Below, one piece after another: positions 13,079-26,030 of a DNA stretch of 64,000 bases. This DNA comes from Stegostoma tigrinum. Lineage: Eukaryota. Position numbers and translations under genes: made by a program. The stretch covers positions 12,905,914-12,969,913 of the forward strand of contig NC_081386.1 in the NCBI RefSeq assembly GCF_030684315.1, given 5' to 3'. The stretch's first letter is position 1, and each line of letters opens with the position of its first letter. The notes under the pieces are model-generated. The model saw only the letters and a list, made by a program, of their open reading frames with translations. It made no database searches and was not told where the DNA came from.

Positions 13079-13445
13079 CTGCATAGAAAAAAAATGAGAA
13101 GGAATGCTGTTTGTGGTCAACCTTAGACTGCCCACAATTTTCTACCAAGGAATTCCTAGATACACACACGTTTACAGAGACGAAGGAAGGAGGTTGGTTT
13201 TGGCAGTGATGGTCTTCCCTGTCAAATGTGTGCAAATATCAGCATCAGCTTTATCACCAATGTCTTTCTTCTGTGCCATAGTCATTGTATGAAAGAAACA
13301 ATTACATGTATGTTATATCTTTCACAATGTCAAGGTGTTATAAAATATTTGACAAGCAGCAAATACTTTTGAGGCATGGGTCGCATGTTTATCATAGGTT
13401 TTGATGACACCTGGTTATATGATATGAAGACTAATCCAACTTCAT

Positions 13446-13630
13446 GAGAGAGGAACTGCTGATGCTGGACACTGAGATCACAAGGTGTGGAGCTGGATGA
13501 ACACAGCCGGGCAGGCAGCATCAGAGGAGCAGGAAAGCTGATGTTTCAGATCGGTACCTCCAGACACGAAACATCTGCTTCTCTGATGCTGCCTGGCCTG
13601 CTGTGTTCATCCAGATCCACACCTTGTTAT
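13446..13630. mobile_element. Fold-back Penelope pseudo-LTR remnant
   Basis: Inverted arms (aggtgtggagctggatgaacacagc...gctgtgttcatccagatccacacctt) with an approximate TSD ctaatcca. Confidence 0.75.
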
Positions 13631-13659
13631 CTAATCCATCTTTATCATATGTTCATAAA

Positions 13660-14200
13660 TTTGAACAGAACTAGACAGGTTGGATGCTGGGAGGATGTTC
13701 CTGATGGTGGGTGCACCCAGAACCAAGTGTCACAGTCTGAGGATTCGGGGTAGACCATTCAGGACAGAGATGAGGAGACATTTCTTCACCCAAAGGATGG
13801 TGAGCCTGTGGAATTTATTACCTCAGGAAGTAGTTAATGCCAAAACATTGAATATTTTCAACAGGCAGCTAGATACAGCCCTCGGGAAAAATGGAATGAA
13901 AGGTTATGGGGAGAAAGCAGGATTAAGCTATTGAGAGAGAGATTCCTCCCCTTCTCTCCCTATTTATTCCAGTTCCCTCTCCCCATCCCCCTCTCTGATG
14001 AAGGGTCTAGGCCAGAAACGTCAGCTTTTGTGCTCCTGAGATGCTGCTTGCCCTGCTGTGTTCATCCAGTTCCACACTTTGTTATCTTAAGCTATTGAGT
14101 TGAATGATTAGCCATGATTGTGATGAATAGTGGAAAAGGCTCAAAGGGCCAAATGGCCTCCTCCTGATCCTGTGTTCCATGTGTCTACGTTTCTATGTCC
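13660..14200 (+). mobile_element. CR1 LINE 3' end, interrupted by a Penelope fragment
   Basis: ORF 13680..13934 has RPFRTEMRRHFFTQRMVSLWNLLP. The CR1 tail resumes after 14099. Confidence 0.85.
13936..14086 (+). mobile_element. Penelope pseudo-LTR fragment with hammerhead core (13995-14022)
   Basis: CTGATGAagggtctaggccaGAAACGTC. Exact 13-bp TSD ttaagctattgag at 13923-13935 and 14087-14099. Confidence 0.9.
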
Positions 14201-14229
14201 ATGCACTGACATGAGTCTTCCAAACTAGA

Positions 14230-15540
14230 GTGTTCTAGCTCTGCCCAAGTTGTGCTATTTCTACCCAGTAACATGCAGCTCCATGACATCAATGCAAAGT
14301 TGCTCCAAGGTCCTGAAGCCCTTACAAAACACCCCTCCCCAAGCTTTTCTCCTCTGTCATTAACATTGAATAACTTGTATACACATTTGAAAATGATTAC
14401 AGAGGTTATTTCTTTTTACATTTACTTTGTAGTTTGTCTTTATCTCTCACACCTTTCCCAAGTCTTTGACTTAATTTATCTATTGTTGATTGTGGATAAG
14501 AAAGGAGTATTACAAGGTACAGAAACATTTGAGGTAAGGCTGGTGATTTTGTTGGCTTTCTATTGTTAGATAGAGATTTAATTAATCAGACTGAAGAAGC
14601 TTGTATTGATGTAACTCTGGGAGTTTAGGAGAATGTAACTGTACTGTCCTGCTCCATTAATAGTGTCAGATGCCATTGCTAAGTTCTGGAGGGACTGTTG
14701 CTCGTGCAAAGAACCTTTTTCCCTTGCTGTGTGTTTTTCTTCAAAGTTCGGTTCTGTACATTACGGTACAAAATGGACTGGGAATGATTCGATTTACTGC
14801 TCAGTATGTTCTTTGGACTGTAGGACATCTTCAAGCAGTGACCTCTTATGTAGAAATAAGTACATTGTTGGTAGATGACTGGACAATTTTGTTTTCACTG
14901 ATGTGGGATTTTAGAAACACAATGCAAGCTCAGTATTGCTAAGAATTTTGGGTTGATCTTGTCACATGCATATTGTTCAGATAAGAAGTCTACCTCCTTG
15001 GTTCGGGTGATTTATTGATCTATAGGTAGTCTATATACACTGTAAAATGTTTCACATTAAGTGGCACCTCAAGACTCTGCATCTTTTGTTATTTGGACTG
15101 CTTATTCTAGATTGAGATCTTCATTCGATTGAAGAAGTTCAGTAAATGATGTATTGTTGTTGAGTAAGTAGTTCTGAATTCATTATCAGAACTCCTAACT
15201 ATATTCTGCAACCTCATAGTTTTCTGGGTGGTAAGAAAACTTTCTCGACCCTTCCTTTAAAGGATCAAATTTGCTTTGGGTATTCAGTAATATTGTCATG
15301 AGTACTAAATTTGAATTCTTCTCCTAGCTAATAGTGGGTTTTAACGGCTCACACTGCATTTTTTTAAAATAAACACTGTTCCCCCATTACTGTCTGTAAA
15401 ATATTTGACTTAATTGCATCAGTGTTCTGGCATTCTTTTTTCCAGGAGATGTTATCTTTGCAGAGAGGTTTCCTTCATACCAAGCACTCAATTTTGAGGT
15501 TTCTGCAGCTATTAGCAAATTTCAAAGCTGTACTGATGTT
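14230..15540 (-). mobile_element. Possible very old LTR-retrotransposon (Gypsy-like) internal remnant
   Basis: Only faint coding-like fragments (e.g. GEEFKFST near 15300-15325), with no intact motif. Confidence 0.25.
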
Positions 15541-15594
15541 TTTATTTAAATAAAAGATATGTTTTTGTAATCCTCACTCCTCCAGATGACCTCA

Positions 15595-15700
15595 TCCCTG
15601 AAGGAGTGGCACTGGACCCAAAACATTAATTCAGATTTCTCTCCACAGCTGCTGCCAGATCTGCTGAACTTTTCCAGCAATTTCTGTTTTTGATCTCAGC
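15595..15700 (+). repeat. Penelope-type short element, family 2 (ctctccacagatgctgccagacctgctgag) fragment
   Basis: Homologous to 25810-26030, with a degenerate core. Confidence 0.6.
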
Positions 15701-17097
15701 CCTGTCTTGGTCTTTGATGCTGCCTCAATTTTCAAGGCAGAATGTCCCAAAGCTGCATAAACTTCTATTGGATGGTTTGATGACCCATTGAGATTGGATT
15801 TGAGACAAGCTGTTTGAGAAGACAAAGTCAAGAACTTTCTTCAGGCTTAGACTTCAAAGGAATACAGTGTATTTACACCAGTGCCAAATACTGTGATTCA
15901 CTTGTAGCTCTAAACATAATGTTAACTCAAAAGCATACCCAAATGCTTTGTTTTAAGTGTTTTGAACACTCTCCTATTAGTCGTTAGACTTTGGGTTGAT
16001 GAGTGCACGTGTGCAGTATAAATCCAGCCATGATCCTAGATATTTAAGCAATTAATTGGTAATGGCACAAAGTATGGGAAGTGGGGACAGTCGTAATGGT
16101 ATTAGTTTTTTTTAATTATTCACAGGATGAGAGTATTGCTGGCTAGACAAACATTTATTGCGATTTATTTATATCCTAATTTCTCAAAGGGCAGTAAAGA
16201 GTCAACCATATTGCTGTGGGTCTGGAGTCCCATGTAGGGCAAACCTGTTTCCTTCCTGAAAAGGCATTAGTGAGTAACCTTGGGAGTATGTTTCAGAAAT
16301 TAATAATAGACACAAGTTAGGATAACGTGAAGGGGAATTTGCTCGGTACTTTATCTATGTATTTTCTGGCCTGAAGGTCTTGGTGCTGACAATGGCTAAC
16401 AAGAATTGAAATACTACTTAGCTTGTTCCAATTATGTCCCCAAAATTAGTGAGTACAAGCTTCATTGGAAGTTAATAAACAGTGCATTTTTGGCGACAGT
16501 ATGTATTATGTATTCTCAGAAATGTATATTCCTTTTAAATAGATCTAATCCCTCAACTGGATGGCTGCTTTCTACTTTGACAATATTAGTATTATATTTG
16601 TTGTATCTCACCTACTGCCACACAAATTTCATGAACTACAAACAGTGGACGAGCCAACCATGCCCACATTCTGTGAAAGAATACTAAAAAAAATTGTACA
16701 GTACAACACTAACAATTTCCACGCCATTTTGAGCAGGTAACATAAGACACCTACCCTCCCAAGTCAGTAAAACCTCTTAAGCAGTACCTCAAATGTCTTT
16801 TCAAAGAAAACTCTCATGTTCTGTTTCAATTGAGTCACTATATATCTTATTTAGCTCAAAGGAATGTAGAAATAGTTCAAAATTCAAACAATTTATGTAC
16901 ATGATTAAAATTCTTACAACTTTTAGTATACATGTCACATGGTTCAGAGCAAATATCTAGTCTCTCTTTAAAATTTTCTCTCTGAGAATCAATGGTCATT
17001 CATTTGACTCTTTAATCCATCCAGAGGTGAAAGCAATCAAACGGTACACCAGGGTCTATGATCAGACAGGATTAATCAAACACAACATCTAGCTCAC

Positions 17098-17184
17098 CCA
17101 TATACTTTCTTGTAGCTGTTCTGCAGAGTGTGGAATCGTGAAGAGGTATCATTAGCAATGGTGGCGTTGCATAATCCACATCTC
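17098..17184 (-). CDS. Coding exon (GDVDYATPPLLMIPLHDSTLCRTATRKYM)
   Basis: attatctctcag|87 nt|gtgagc. Phase 1->1 joins 12909-13078 in frame. Confidence 0.75.
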
Positions 17185-17695
17185 CTGAGAGATAATCATC
17201 CATTTTTATTTCCCTCTCAGGGAACAGCAGCACCATATTGCTTCAGAATGAAAGCAGAATGTGTATCCCCTATGAATCGTGCATTGAGATGCAATATATT
17301 CTTCCATGGATCACATACCATTTTCAAATTCATAAAATAACAACCTTTCCTTTTTAGGTACACCATTCAATTGATGATGATCTCATGAAAGGTTACACAT
17401 ATATAATTAAAATGTTCTAAGAGAATGCTTAATGTTAGTTAGCACAACACATGATATTCAGTGCAGAGAAAACGTTAGTGTTGACTGTCCCTCTTGTCTA
17501 TTTCAATCACTTGACACATGTCAATCACAACTTCTCTGACATTTATCCCTACTCATCTACATTTGCTCCATTATGCCCAGGCAGCTGAACTACTTGGAGC
17601 AGGCCTGCTGATCAGAGGAATGCCTGCCATGAGTCATACGCCCACCATGAATACTATGCTGTTGGATCATATTCTTCAGCCACTTATACTATAAA

Positions 17696-17835
17696 GGGTG
17701 GGTCAATTAGCTCAGTTGGCTTGACAGCTGGTTTGTGATGTGAACAGTGCAGGTTCAATTCTTACAGCAGCTGAAGTTACTATGGACGTCTTGCCTTCTC
17801 AACGTCGTCCCTGCCTGATGCTCGGCAGCACCTCT
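17696..17835 (+). mobile_element. tRNA-derived SINE, partial
   Basis: A-box tagctcagttgg and B-box ggttcaattc. Homologous to 60357-60575. Confidence 0.6.
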
Positions 17836-17854
17836 GGGGTTATGGAAACTTTAC

Positions 17855-17934
17855 CTATATGATATTGCATGGTAGTAATCATGACCACTGAATGCATAGT
17901 TTGGGTCAAAGTTCCACCCACTGTTCCAGTGTTG
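17855..17934 (-). CDS. Coding exon (NTGTVGGTLTQTMHSVVMITTMQYHI; alternative frame QHWNSGWNFDPNYAFSGHDYYHAISY)
   Basis: ttattttgaag|80 nt|gtaaag. Two frames are open. Confidence 0.65.
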
Positions 17935-18224
17935 CTTCAAAATAATTGTAACTCAAGTCTGTCTTGAAGAAAAACATTCTCCTTCCGAATTGCTTAAAAC
18001 CTTAAGTGACCTTTATTAGCTTAAATTCTGGTATACCCTCTTTTTTCTACTTAGTTCTCATTCAATTTTTAGGAAATCTTTAGAGAAGAACCAAGTATAC
18101 ACAAATAGTCTATTAGCTTTTCTTGCCAATGTTAAATCTTGTCTTGCTCCATGTACTTTGTTTATATCAAATATTCACTAAATTTAAAAAAAACTAGCAG
18201 AGTGCCAGAGAAAGTCAACAGGTC

Positions 18225-18700
18225 ATGGAGTCATAGAGGTCTACAGCATGGAAACAGGTGCTTCAGCCCAGTTTGCCCTTGTTGTGGCAGACCATTCCAG
18301 ACACCCACTACCATTTATGTGAAAAGTTTGCCCCTCTGGACCCTTTTGTATCTTTCCCCCTCACCTTAACCCTATGCCATCTAGTTTTAGACTCCCCTAC
18401 CATGGGGAAAAGCTGTTGGCTCTCTACCGTACCTAAGCCTCTTGTGATTTTATAGACCTCTATAAGGTCACCCCTCAGTCTCCTACGCTCCAGGAAATAA
18501 AGTCCCAGCCGATCCTACCTTTCCTTATAACTCAAACTTTCCTGTCCAGGTAGCATCCTAGTAAATCTTTTCTGCTTTCTTAAGTTTAATAATATCCTTT
18601 CTATAGTACTGCATGCAATACTCCAAATGTGACCTCACCAACATCTCATACAGCTGTAATAATACGTCACAACTCTAATACTCGATGCTCTCACTGATGA
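18225..18700 (-). mobile_element. CR1 LINE 3' fragment
   Basis: Reverse complement of CR1 RT C-terminus sequence (gattttatagacctctataaggtcacccctcag, tactccaaatgtgacctcacc). Confidence 0.8.
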
Positions 18701-18985
18701 TCCAGCAGCAATTTTGCAGAAAAGTTAAGTAATTATTTCAAATCTGTTATGAGTCTTTTTCAGGTGCCATGCTGAGTTTGTTCCGCACTTTCTGTTTTTA
18801 TTTTAGGGTCCAACATCCACAGTATTTTATCTCCACTAAATACAAATATGGCGTCTTGCACTTCAGATCAGCAATGGTCTTAAATAGCAAAAGAAATCAG
18901 ACGAATATACATGCATTCTAAATTGAATTTGTCTGCTCCATGATCAAGAGATTGACTGAACAATTGATTATAGTCACCAGCAAAC

Positions 18986-19069
18986 CTTGTAAGAAAATGA
19001 ATCATGTTTCCAATCTAACAGATTGAAAACAGGTCTGTTCTTCACAAGACACAACTGTGGGTCTTCTTT
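18986..19069 (-). CDS. Candidate alternative exon (KEDPQLCLVKNRPVFNLLDWKHDSFSYK)
   Basis: Good acceptor tttttttatttgcacgcttcccag. Weak donors AAG|gtttgc, or TG|gtgact 8 nt further. Open only in phase 0. Confidence 0.35.
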
Positions 19070-21074
19070 CTGGGAAGCGTGCAAATAAAAAAACTTGCTT
19101 AAAGAATATTGTGGTTTCTCAATTAATGAAGTAACCATAAATAACATGTTACAGCCAAGGTGATATTACATCAGGGAATTTTCACTGGAGGCATGGAGAG
19201 AGCTGCTTTTATCCACTAGCAAGGATTTTCATAGTTGTGGGCTTATTCCTCTGCTTTGGCCATGAACTGTGCCTAGTAATTTATCCAGCCTGGGTATTTT
19301 TTTCATATTACAGACTACTAAATTCCATTATAATTTTAAATGATTCAATTTACATACCATAAACATCTTATGATATACCAATTATACATTAAACATGATG
19401 TCAGTAATCTACTGTACATTAAGTTTTACAACAAAGGAAAAAATGACCATCAAATCACTCAAATAAGGATTGGTTATTTACAACAAAGGTGATCGCTTCT
19501 CAGACACCACAGAGCGGTGGGTTGAAGTGGTCAATATATCAAAAACACTGAACAGTGATGTCATGGATGTCTTTAAGTGATTTTGCAGGTTTACGGATGT
19601 AACAGACAGCACTCGTTTAAAAAGAAACTATTCTATTAAACAAAATGAAAACTCCAGTGGCAACAGCATAAGAGCTGAAGGATTTATTTTGTCAAAACAC
19701 CATAAGAGTAATTTGTCAGTGGTTAGTTTTTGGGGGGCTGAATCTGCCATCATGTCTCTAAACCAACATTAATTACACGTTCACCTTTCACCTTATGTTG
19801 AGTGCTCTGATCGGCCCAGGTCATGTATAAATTGTCTCTCTAGCCTCTGCTGAAAATTCCATAACATTCAGTACTCGACAGTGATGTGTGAAAATTGACA
19901 TGAAGATTTTAAAATTGGGACCATGGGAGCTCAAGCATAAAATAACTTCAATCTAGTGCTCTCTCTCTAAGGAATTACGCAAAGACCCAACCAACAACAA
20001 AAGTATAGGAGAAGGTATGAGTTATTAGTGAGAAAAACACTTCTCCTGCACAAACAGAAAGGATGATCAATGGACTTAGTCAGTGAGATATTCAAGCAGA
20101 AAATTGCAGCTGTTTTTTCCTTTTTGTCAATGTGGTGATGCACTGCCAAAATCTATCTCGCCCAAAAAGAGAAGCTATAAAACAGTATTGAAAAAGGTGT
20201 AACAGCAAACTTACATTTTTGTAATTTTAAAAAGTCCCTTTTAATGTAAAATTTTACCAAATATAGAAAAATAAATGTTTATGTTTGTTTCTGATTGTAA
20301 AGATAGACACTGATTGTCGATTCCTTGAATGTGATTATTTTAATGACAGCATTTATAAAGCTCTAATTGCTTAACTTATAAAAGACATTTATCTCATCTT
20401 TCCACTGGAAGTGCTGAAAATTCATTGCAGGGTCTTACATATCTTGGTAGTTCAACTATCAACTTCTTGTTAGGGATAAAAAGATACACGAATACAGATT
20501 GTTAAGTAAATCCAAATACAACCAAGAAAATCCGTAGCCAGGCTGCTGTCTGAATTAGAATCAAATCCAAAGTCACCTTCTTCACATCAAAATTGACATT
20601 TTCATCTGCTCATGTATTAAGACCATAGTAACGTTTTAATAGATGATTATTAACAAAGGCTCTTTTCGAGTACCAGAATGAAGCATTGACTGTGCGGCTC
20701 TTCCTTACATGTGCTAATCAAATTATCTTTTGGTTAGAACTATTCACTATCAAAGTACAGGGGTGAACAATGAAATTAGTATTTTCTGTTCATCCCTGCT
20801 CTATAGAAATTCTCTGTGCCCCCTCTCCATTCTAAACAGACCTTTGGGGAAATGAATTCTCTGCTTATAAAAATGAGGAGCGCTCTTTTAGATTCAATAT
20901 CCGCGTTGGGCATTTTCAGATCCAGTATATCTTGTGCCAGATGCTAGGCAAAGTTGTTGAATCTTCAAAATGTGATTTAATCATAGTCTCAGTTGAGTTC
21001 CCCGATATATGTCATATGCATTCCACACCCTAGCTATTAGAACAAGATCTCTTAAGGAATTATTGGTGGCTTAC

Positions 21075-21110
21075 TCTGGGGATTTGCACCCACCGGGTAC
21101 AAAATCCATG
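21075..21110 (-). CDS. 36-nt exon (NMDFVPGGCKSP in the preferred frame)
   Basis: cttttctttcaagtgttttcag|36 nt|gtaagc. All three frames are open. Confidence 0.7.
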
Positions 21111-23689
21111 CTGAAAACACTTGAAAGAAAAGTTTAGCTTGACAGATAGAACTACAGTCTCCATCCAATTTTGAATTTGGGACTCCTTGTACATTGACAA
21201 TTTGTACATTTTCATGAAACTTCTTATGAATGAATTGCATTTTTCTGAATGCAATACTCCTAATTTTAAATTAATGACGATCAGATAGAAATGGTCCAAA
21301 AATTTGGGATATGTCTTTCTCCCTTACCCCACCTCCACCTCTTAAAAGTGATGACGCATGTTCAGATAAGATTCCACAGCTCAGTGATTCTGTGCTACTT
21401 TGGCAATTTTATTGGCGATCTGCTATTCAACCAAAGGATCCATCACAACCATTCTGATTTGGGAGTATCCAGGGGTCAACAGATAGCTATAATAATGCAA
21501 GCCTGTTAATTCACATTTTCTCCAGCTGAGCGTGACCAATCTGTCCCTAAAAAGTAACCAACTGGAAATCTTGAGAGTGTGTTATGTTTCATAAACACCA
21601 AGACAATCTTTAGAACAAAACCTCTTGGAAAGATTTGCTATGGAATTCAAGTGAACAACTGGTGTTAAACAGAGGTATAAATCTTAGCTGCTCACTTAGA
21701 TCAATAACATGAATCATAGTAAGGGAAGTAGAGAAATATGAAAGAATAAAACTAATTTTTACTTCAAATATCGCATTGTCTTCTTTTCTTCAGTTTCTGT
21801 AATAGCCAAAAGACATGAATCATGGGAGGCTTGGCATAATTTACCTTTGTCTCAGAACATAATACATCAAGATAGTGCACAATGGTCACCACATCATGGA
21901 CCTCCAGTAGTTATGTGATTTTCAAAAAAATCTCACATTTCTGTTCCAATTATATAGACTTGTTCTGATTTTCTTAGTATCTGTCTGCTAAGATGACAGA
22001 TGACATGTTAGGCAAGGTATTTATCACAGGTTTTGCACAACAATATATTGGCATAATTACAATACTGTGATTCTGTAAATAATTTGGAAACAATACAGCA
22101 CAGTACAAAAGAACAATTACAGCAAAAGTGAAAAGCAATTCATTCTTGTTTGCATTTTATTCGATTTAGATTCATTGTGCAGCATTAACATATTTTGCTT
22201 CTCGTTTTCATTATTCATATGCTTTTGCACCTAGAAATACACACTGCAACCAACTTCACGTTGGCAAGCCAGCCACCTGATGTTTTTTTGGAATGAAGGA
22301 CAGACACTTGTGGAATTGAAGGGGTACAATACCGAGTTTCATAATCACACAATTAAATAGACAGGAGCTTCCCAGCTTTTCCAAGAGCTTCCAAGGAACC
22401 CCAAAAGGATTTGTGCATCTTGTTCCTGGACTGGTGAAACTCTCTTGCCCACTGGTAGGTTGGTACTCACAGCAATGAAATGCAGCTCCTTAGCAGGCAT
22501 TATTTGCAATTGGTGGCCAGACAGAGAGACTATCCTTTGATCTTTCCACCATAGATTTTAATCAGTCAAGAAAGCAGCAGGATTCCCATCTAATTAAACA
22601 ATCCCCTCCTCTTCCACAACCAAACTGAAAGATTCTACCCAAAGGTTGAGTGCTTTATAACAGACAAAGTAAACCTCAATAATCAGAGGGGTAACTGTCC
22701 TGCCTGAAGGCACGGCCAATATTTCTTTGCTGCTACTTAGCACTGATGTATTTGTATTTAAAATAAAAATATGTTTTTATGCATTCAGCATGGGCTGCAG
22801 TTTTTGACAGTCACCAGTTCAATCTTCTGCCAATTGACATCAATCTCACAGCATTGATGACCTCTTAGGTAACTGAAGTCCAAGTGTTCATCTAGCAAAC
22901 TAAATCCATCAGGCGTAGCTAGCTTTTCCATACACACGTAGCCAGCAAACAATGTATTTTTCTCTGCACTTTTGTCAGGAACTATATTTGTTTCACACAA
23001 TTCATGAAGCTTCACCTAATTAAGAGGGCCCCATAAACTTCATCAGTCGCTTTGAAGATCAAGCCTAAACACTAGATACGGTAAATCTTGATGTACAAGT
23101 TTATGCAGTACATAAGATGACCCCATTTTGCTCCCTCCAAAAATCCAGTGTTTGAATATGCTCTGTGTATAAACCAAGCCCCTTTTCAGTCAGTTCATGC
23201 CAAGTTCACATAAGTCGTAAACCTCAAGACTGCACCTCACAAATAATAACTACAAGTGTCCACTAACTGGATGCAAGAGGTCAGGTAGGCAAGATGTGCT
23301 GCATTGCAACAGATGATAAGAGTTTAAGACATGCCCACTGTTTGCGTCAGACGTCAAGAACATTTCAAAATTGTGGCTATCCACACCACACACTAGGGAT
23401 TCACTATTATGCTTAGTGTATAAGTCCACCCCTGTTTTTGGAGTGAATTTTCAAGGGTCAGCCCACGTACTGACCTTTGTGGTAGTTCATGGGATGCACA
23501 CACATCAGAGGCTCTCAGCTGAAAAATGCAGCCAGTGAGGAAAGACACAGATGCGAATATTACAGGAAGCCCACAAATGCTACAGAGGCCAGACAATTGT
23601 CTGTGTCAATTGTCTCAGTGTCAGTTTGTGACTCATTCTGAGCAATGCCTTGGAGATTTTCCAACATTGAAGGTGCTATATGAATCCAA

Positions 23690-24415
23690 AGATAGTAGGA
23701 ACTGCAGATGCTGGAGAATCTGAGATAACAAGGTGTAAAGCTGGATGAACACAGCAGGCCAAGCAGCATCAGAGGAGTAAAGGTGAGTGTAGGTGGGGAG
23801 TTAGGCAGGAGATAGGTTAGTCCAAGGGGGACGGGGCGGGATGAGGTTCGTAGGTCGGAGATGGGGGTGGGGCTTGAGGTGTGAGGAGGGGATAGTTGGA
23901 AGGAAGGACAGGTTAGGGAGGTGGGGACAAGCTGGGCTGGTTTTGGGATGCGGTGGGGGCCGGGGAGATTTTGAAGCTTGTGAAGTCCACATCGATACCA
24001 TTGGGCTGCAGGGTTCCCAAGCGGAATATGAGTTGCTGTTCCTGCAACCTTCAGTTAGCATCGTTGTGGCACTGCAGGAGGCCCAGGATGGACATGTCAT
24101 CTAAAGAATGGGAGGGGGAGTTGAAATGGTTCACGAATGGGAGGTGCAGTTGTTTAGTGCGAACCGAGCGTAGGTGTTCTGCAAAGTGGTCACCTTTACT
24201 GGCTCCATCCCCACCTCTTTGACCTGCCTGTCTCCTCTCCCCTTATCTTCTCCTCTATCCATCTTCTATTCACCTCCCCCTCTCTCCCTATTTATTTCAG
24301 AACCCCCTTCCCCTCCCCCATTTCTGAAGAAGGGTCCAGGCCTGAAACGTCAGCTTTCCTGCTGCTCTGATGCTGCTTGGCCTGCTGTGTTCATCCAGCT
24401 CCACACCGTTATATG
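23690..24415. mobile_element. Penelope insertion: minus-strand GIY-YIG 3' fragment followed by an inverted pseudo-LTR
   Basis: 23800-24190 matches 1990-2420. Plus-strand hammerhead variant CTGAAGA...GAAACGTC at 24324-24351. TSD tgaatccaa at 23681-23689 and 24416-24424. Confidence 0.9.
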
Positions 24416-24750
24416 TGAATCCAAGTTGTTTTTATTCAAATACATGTTGGCAATGATTTGCTGTGGACACACAAATTGAAACACACTGCTGAAAATTGCA
24501 AGTGCATAATGTTTAATGAACAGCAAATTTAAGGTCCTATTCACCTGACCTTCTCCCTCATGAATTTCACTCACTGCTTGGAGAACAGGATCATTTTTTA
24601 CAAAAACAAATTGAAAGTTAAAAAAAATCGCTTCTCCCCATGATCACACCTGTAAGCTAAACCTGTTAGAATGCATTTTTTCCTTTCTTCCCTCAAAATG
24701 GTTAAGATAAAACCAACTGTATTCCCCTGAGGTTATTATTAGTCATTTAC

Positions 24751-24775
24751 TTTTGATCATATACCACAGGAATAC
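24751..24775 (-). CDS. 25-nt micro-exon (IPVVYDQ)
   Basis: tcttttgtcccccgaatttcaacag|25 nt|gtaaat, phase 1->2. Confidence 0.55.
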
Positions 24776-25740
24776 CTGTTGAAATTCGGGGGACAAAAGA
24801 TGCTACTTATTCTTGTTAATATTGCATGACAAGCACATATCCCTCAAAAAGAAATCAGGAGGTGAGGTTTCATCAGAAAAACAGGCAGTAAATGATGGAA
24901 CACAACCATAACTGTTTATAAAAGAGATCCAGTTTGTTTTTACAGCTGCCTTATAGATGTTTCCATAAGCTGCGACATTACACTTCACTGAAGGATCATT
25001 AACTCTTAGTCAAATACATATCTGTTCAAATTTCACTTATATATTACTCAACATTTTTTGTCAATATTTTATACCTTCTCTAGCCTCCTTAACACTGCAA
25101 TGTTCCGTGTAGAGCGGCCTGAGTTTAGGATTCCCAAGAGTAAAGTGATGCATGCAGTGTTTTGGTCAGATACGGGCTCTTTAATTCCCTAATGTCTGTC
25201 TGCCCTAAAAAAAATTTGCTTAAAAAACTGCAACTGGAAAGTTCATAACAGTAATGTTTTCTTGACCCTTGAAAGGTCGTGGCTTTGGGTGCAGAGCTGA
25301 GTTTTACTTCATAGGAGCAGAGATTGGAGAATAGAGTCTAAGTGTCAGCAGAGACCAATTCACATCAGTCCTAGGAACATTGGCTAAAAAGGTAGCTCCA
25401 CAAACTCGGTGTCTGACTCGATTCCTGGATCTCCGTTCCACGCTCAAGAACGATCCAGACTCTATGCCAGGAGCAAAGTCTTCTCGTTTTCAATTGATAT
25501 TTTGCGTTCCGCTTTGTCGAAGCATTTCACTCTCCCTCCTATTGTCTCTGTGTCGTTTTGTGACTCATTATCCTCCTTTGAAATGCCTTGGAAATTGTTC
25601 AATGTGTGATATGAATGGCAGTTTGTTTTAGTAAACTTCATGTTGGAAATGATACGCAATGGATGCTTTGATTTATTTAAACATACTGCTTGATATACAC
25701 TGCTGAAATTGCAGATCCATAATTAGACGGTAAATATTAC

Positions 25741-25783
25741 ACCTCATTTGCTCGATCGGGTCTCCAATGAATGTTACTCCATG
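25741..25783 (-). CDS. Candidate 43-nt exon (HGVTFIGDPIEQMR)
   Basis: tctgttcttgctctgcgag|43 nt|gtaata. Supplies the 0->1 phase bridge, but the GAG acceptor is atypical. Confidence 0.4.
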
Positions 25784-25809
25784 CTCGCAGAGCAAGAACA
25801 GATTTTGTA

Positions 25810-26030
25810 CAGAAACAGGAATTGCTAGAGAAACTCAGCAGGTCTGGCAGCATCTGCGGTGATAAAACTGAGTTAAAGTTCCACTCCAGTGACCTTGTCA
25901 GAACGTTCTGAAGAAGGCTCACTGGACCCGAAACATTGACTCTACATTCTCTCCACAGATGCTGCCGGACCTGCTGAGCTTTTTCAGCATCTTTTTTTGT
26001 TTCAGAGAGCTAGCATCCACAGTTCATTGT
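25810..26030. mobile_element. Fold-back short element, family 2, with hammerhead-like core
   Basis: Inverted arms aaactcagcaggtctggcagcatctg / cagatgctgccggacctgctgagcttt. Central ctgaagaaggctcactggacccgaaac. Confidence 0.75.

Noticed and set aside
17696-17770. tRNA-like sequence
   Set aside because: SINE head with no complete cloverleaf. I found no genuine tRNA, rRNA or CRISPR array in the window.
22785-23015. 76-aa minus-strand ORF with a possible acceptor
   Set aside because: Weak donor, and its phase does not fit the preferred exon chain. Not fully excluded.
24803-24988. 61-aa minus-strand ORF
   Set aside because: No credible donor, and too close to exon 24751-24775.
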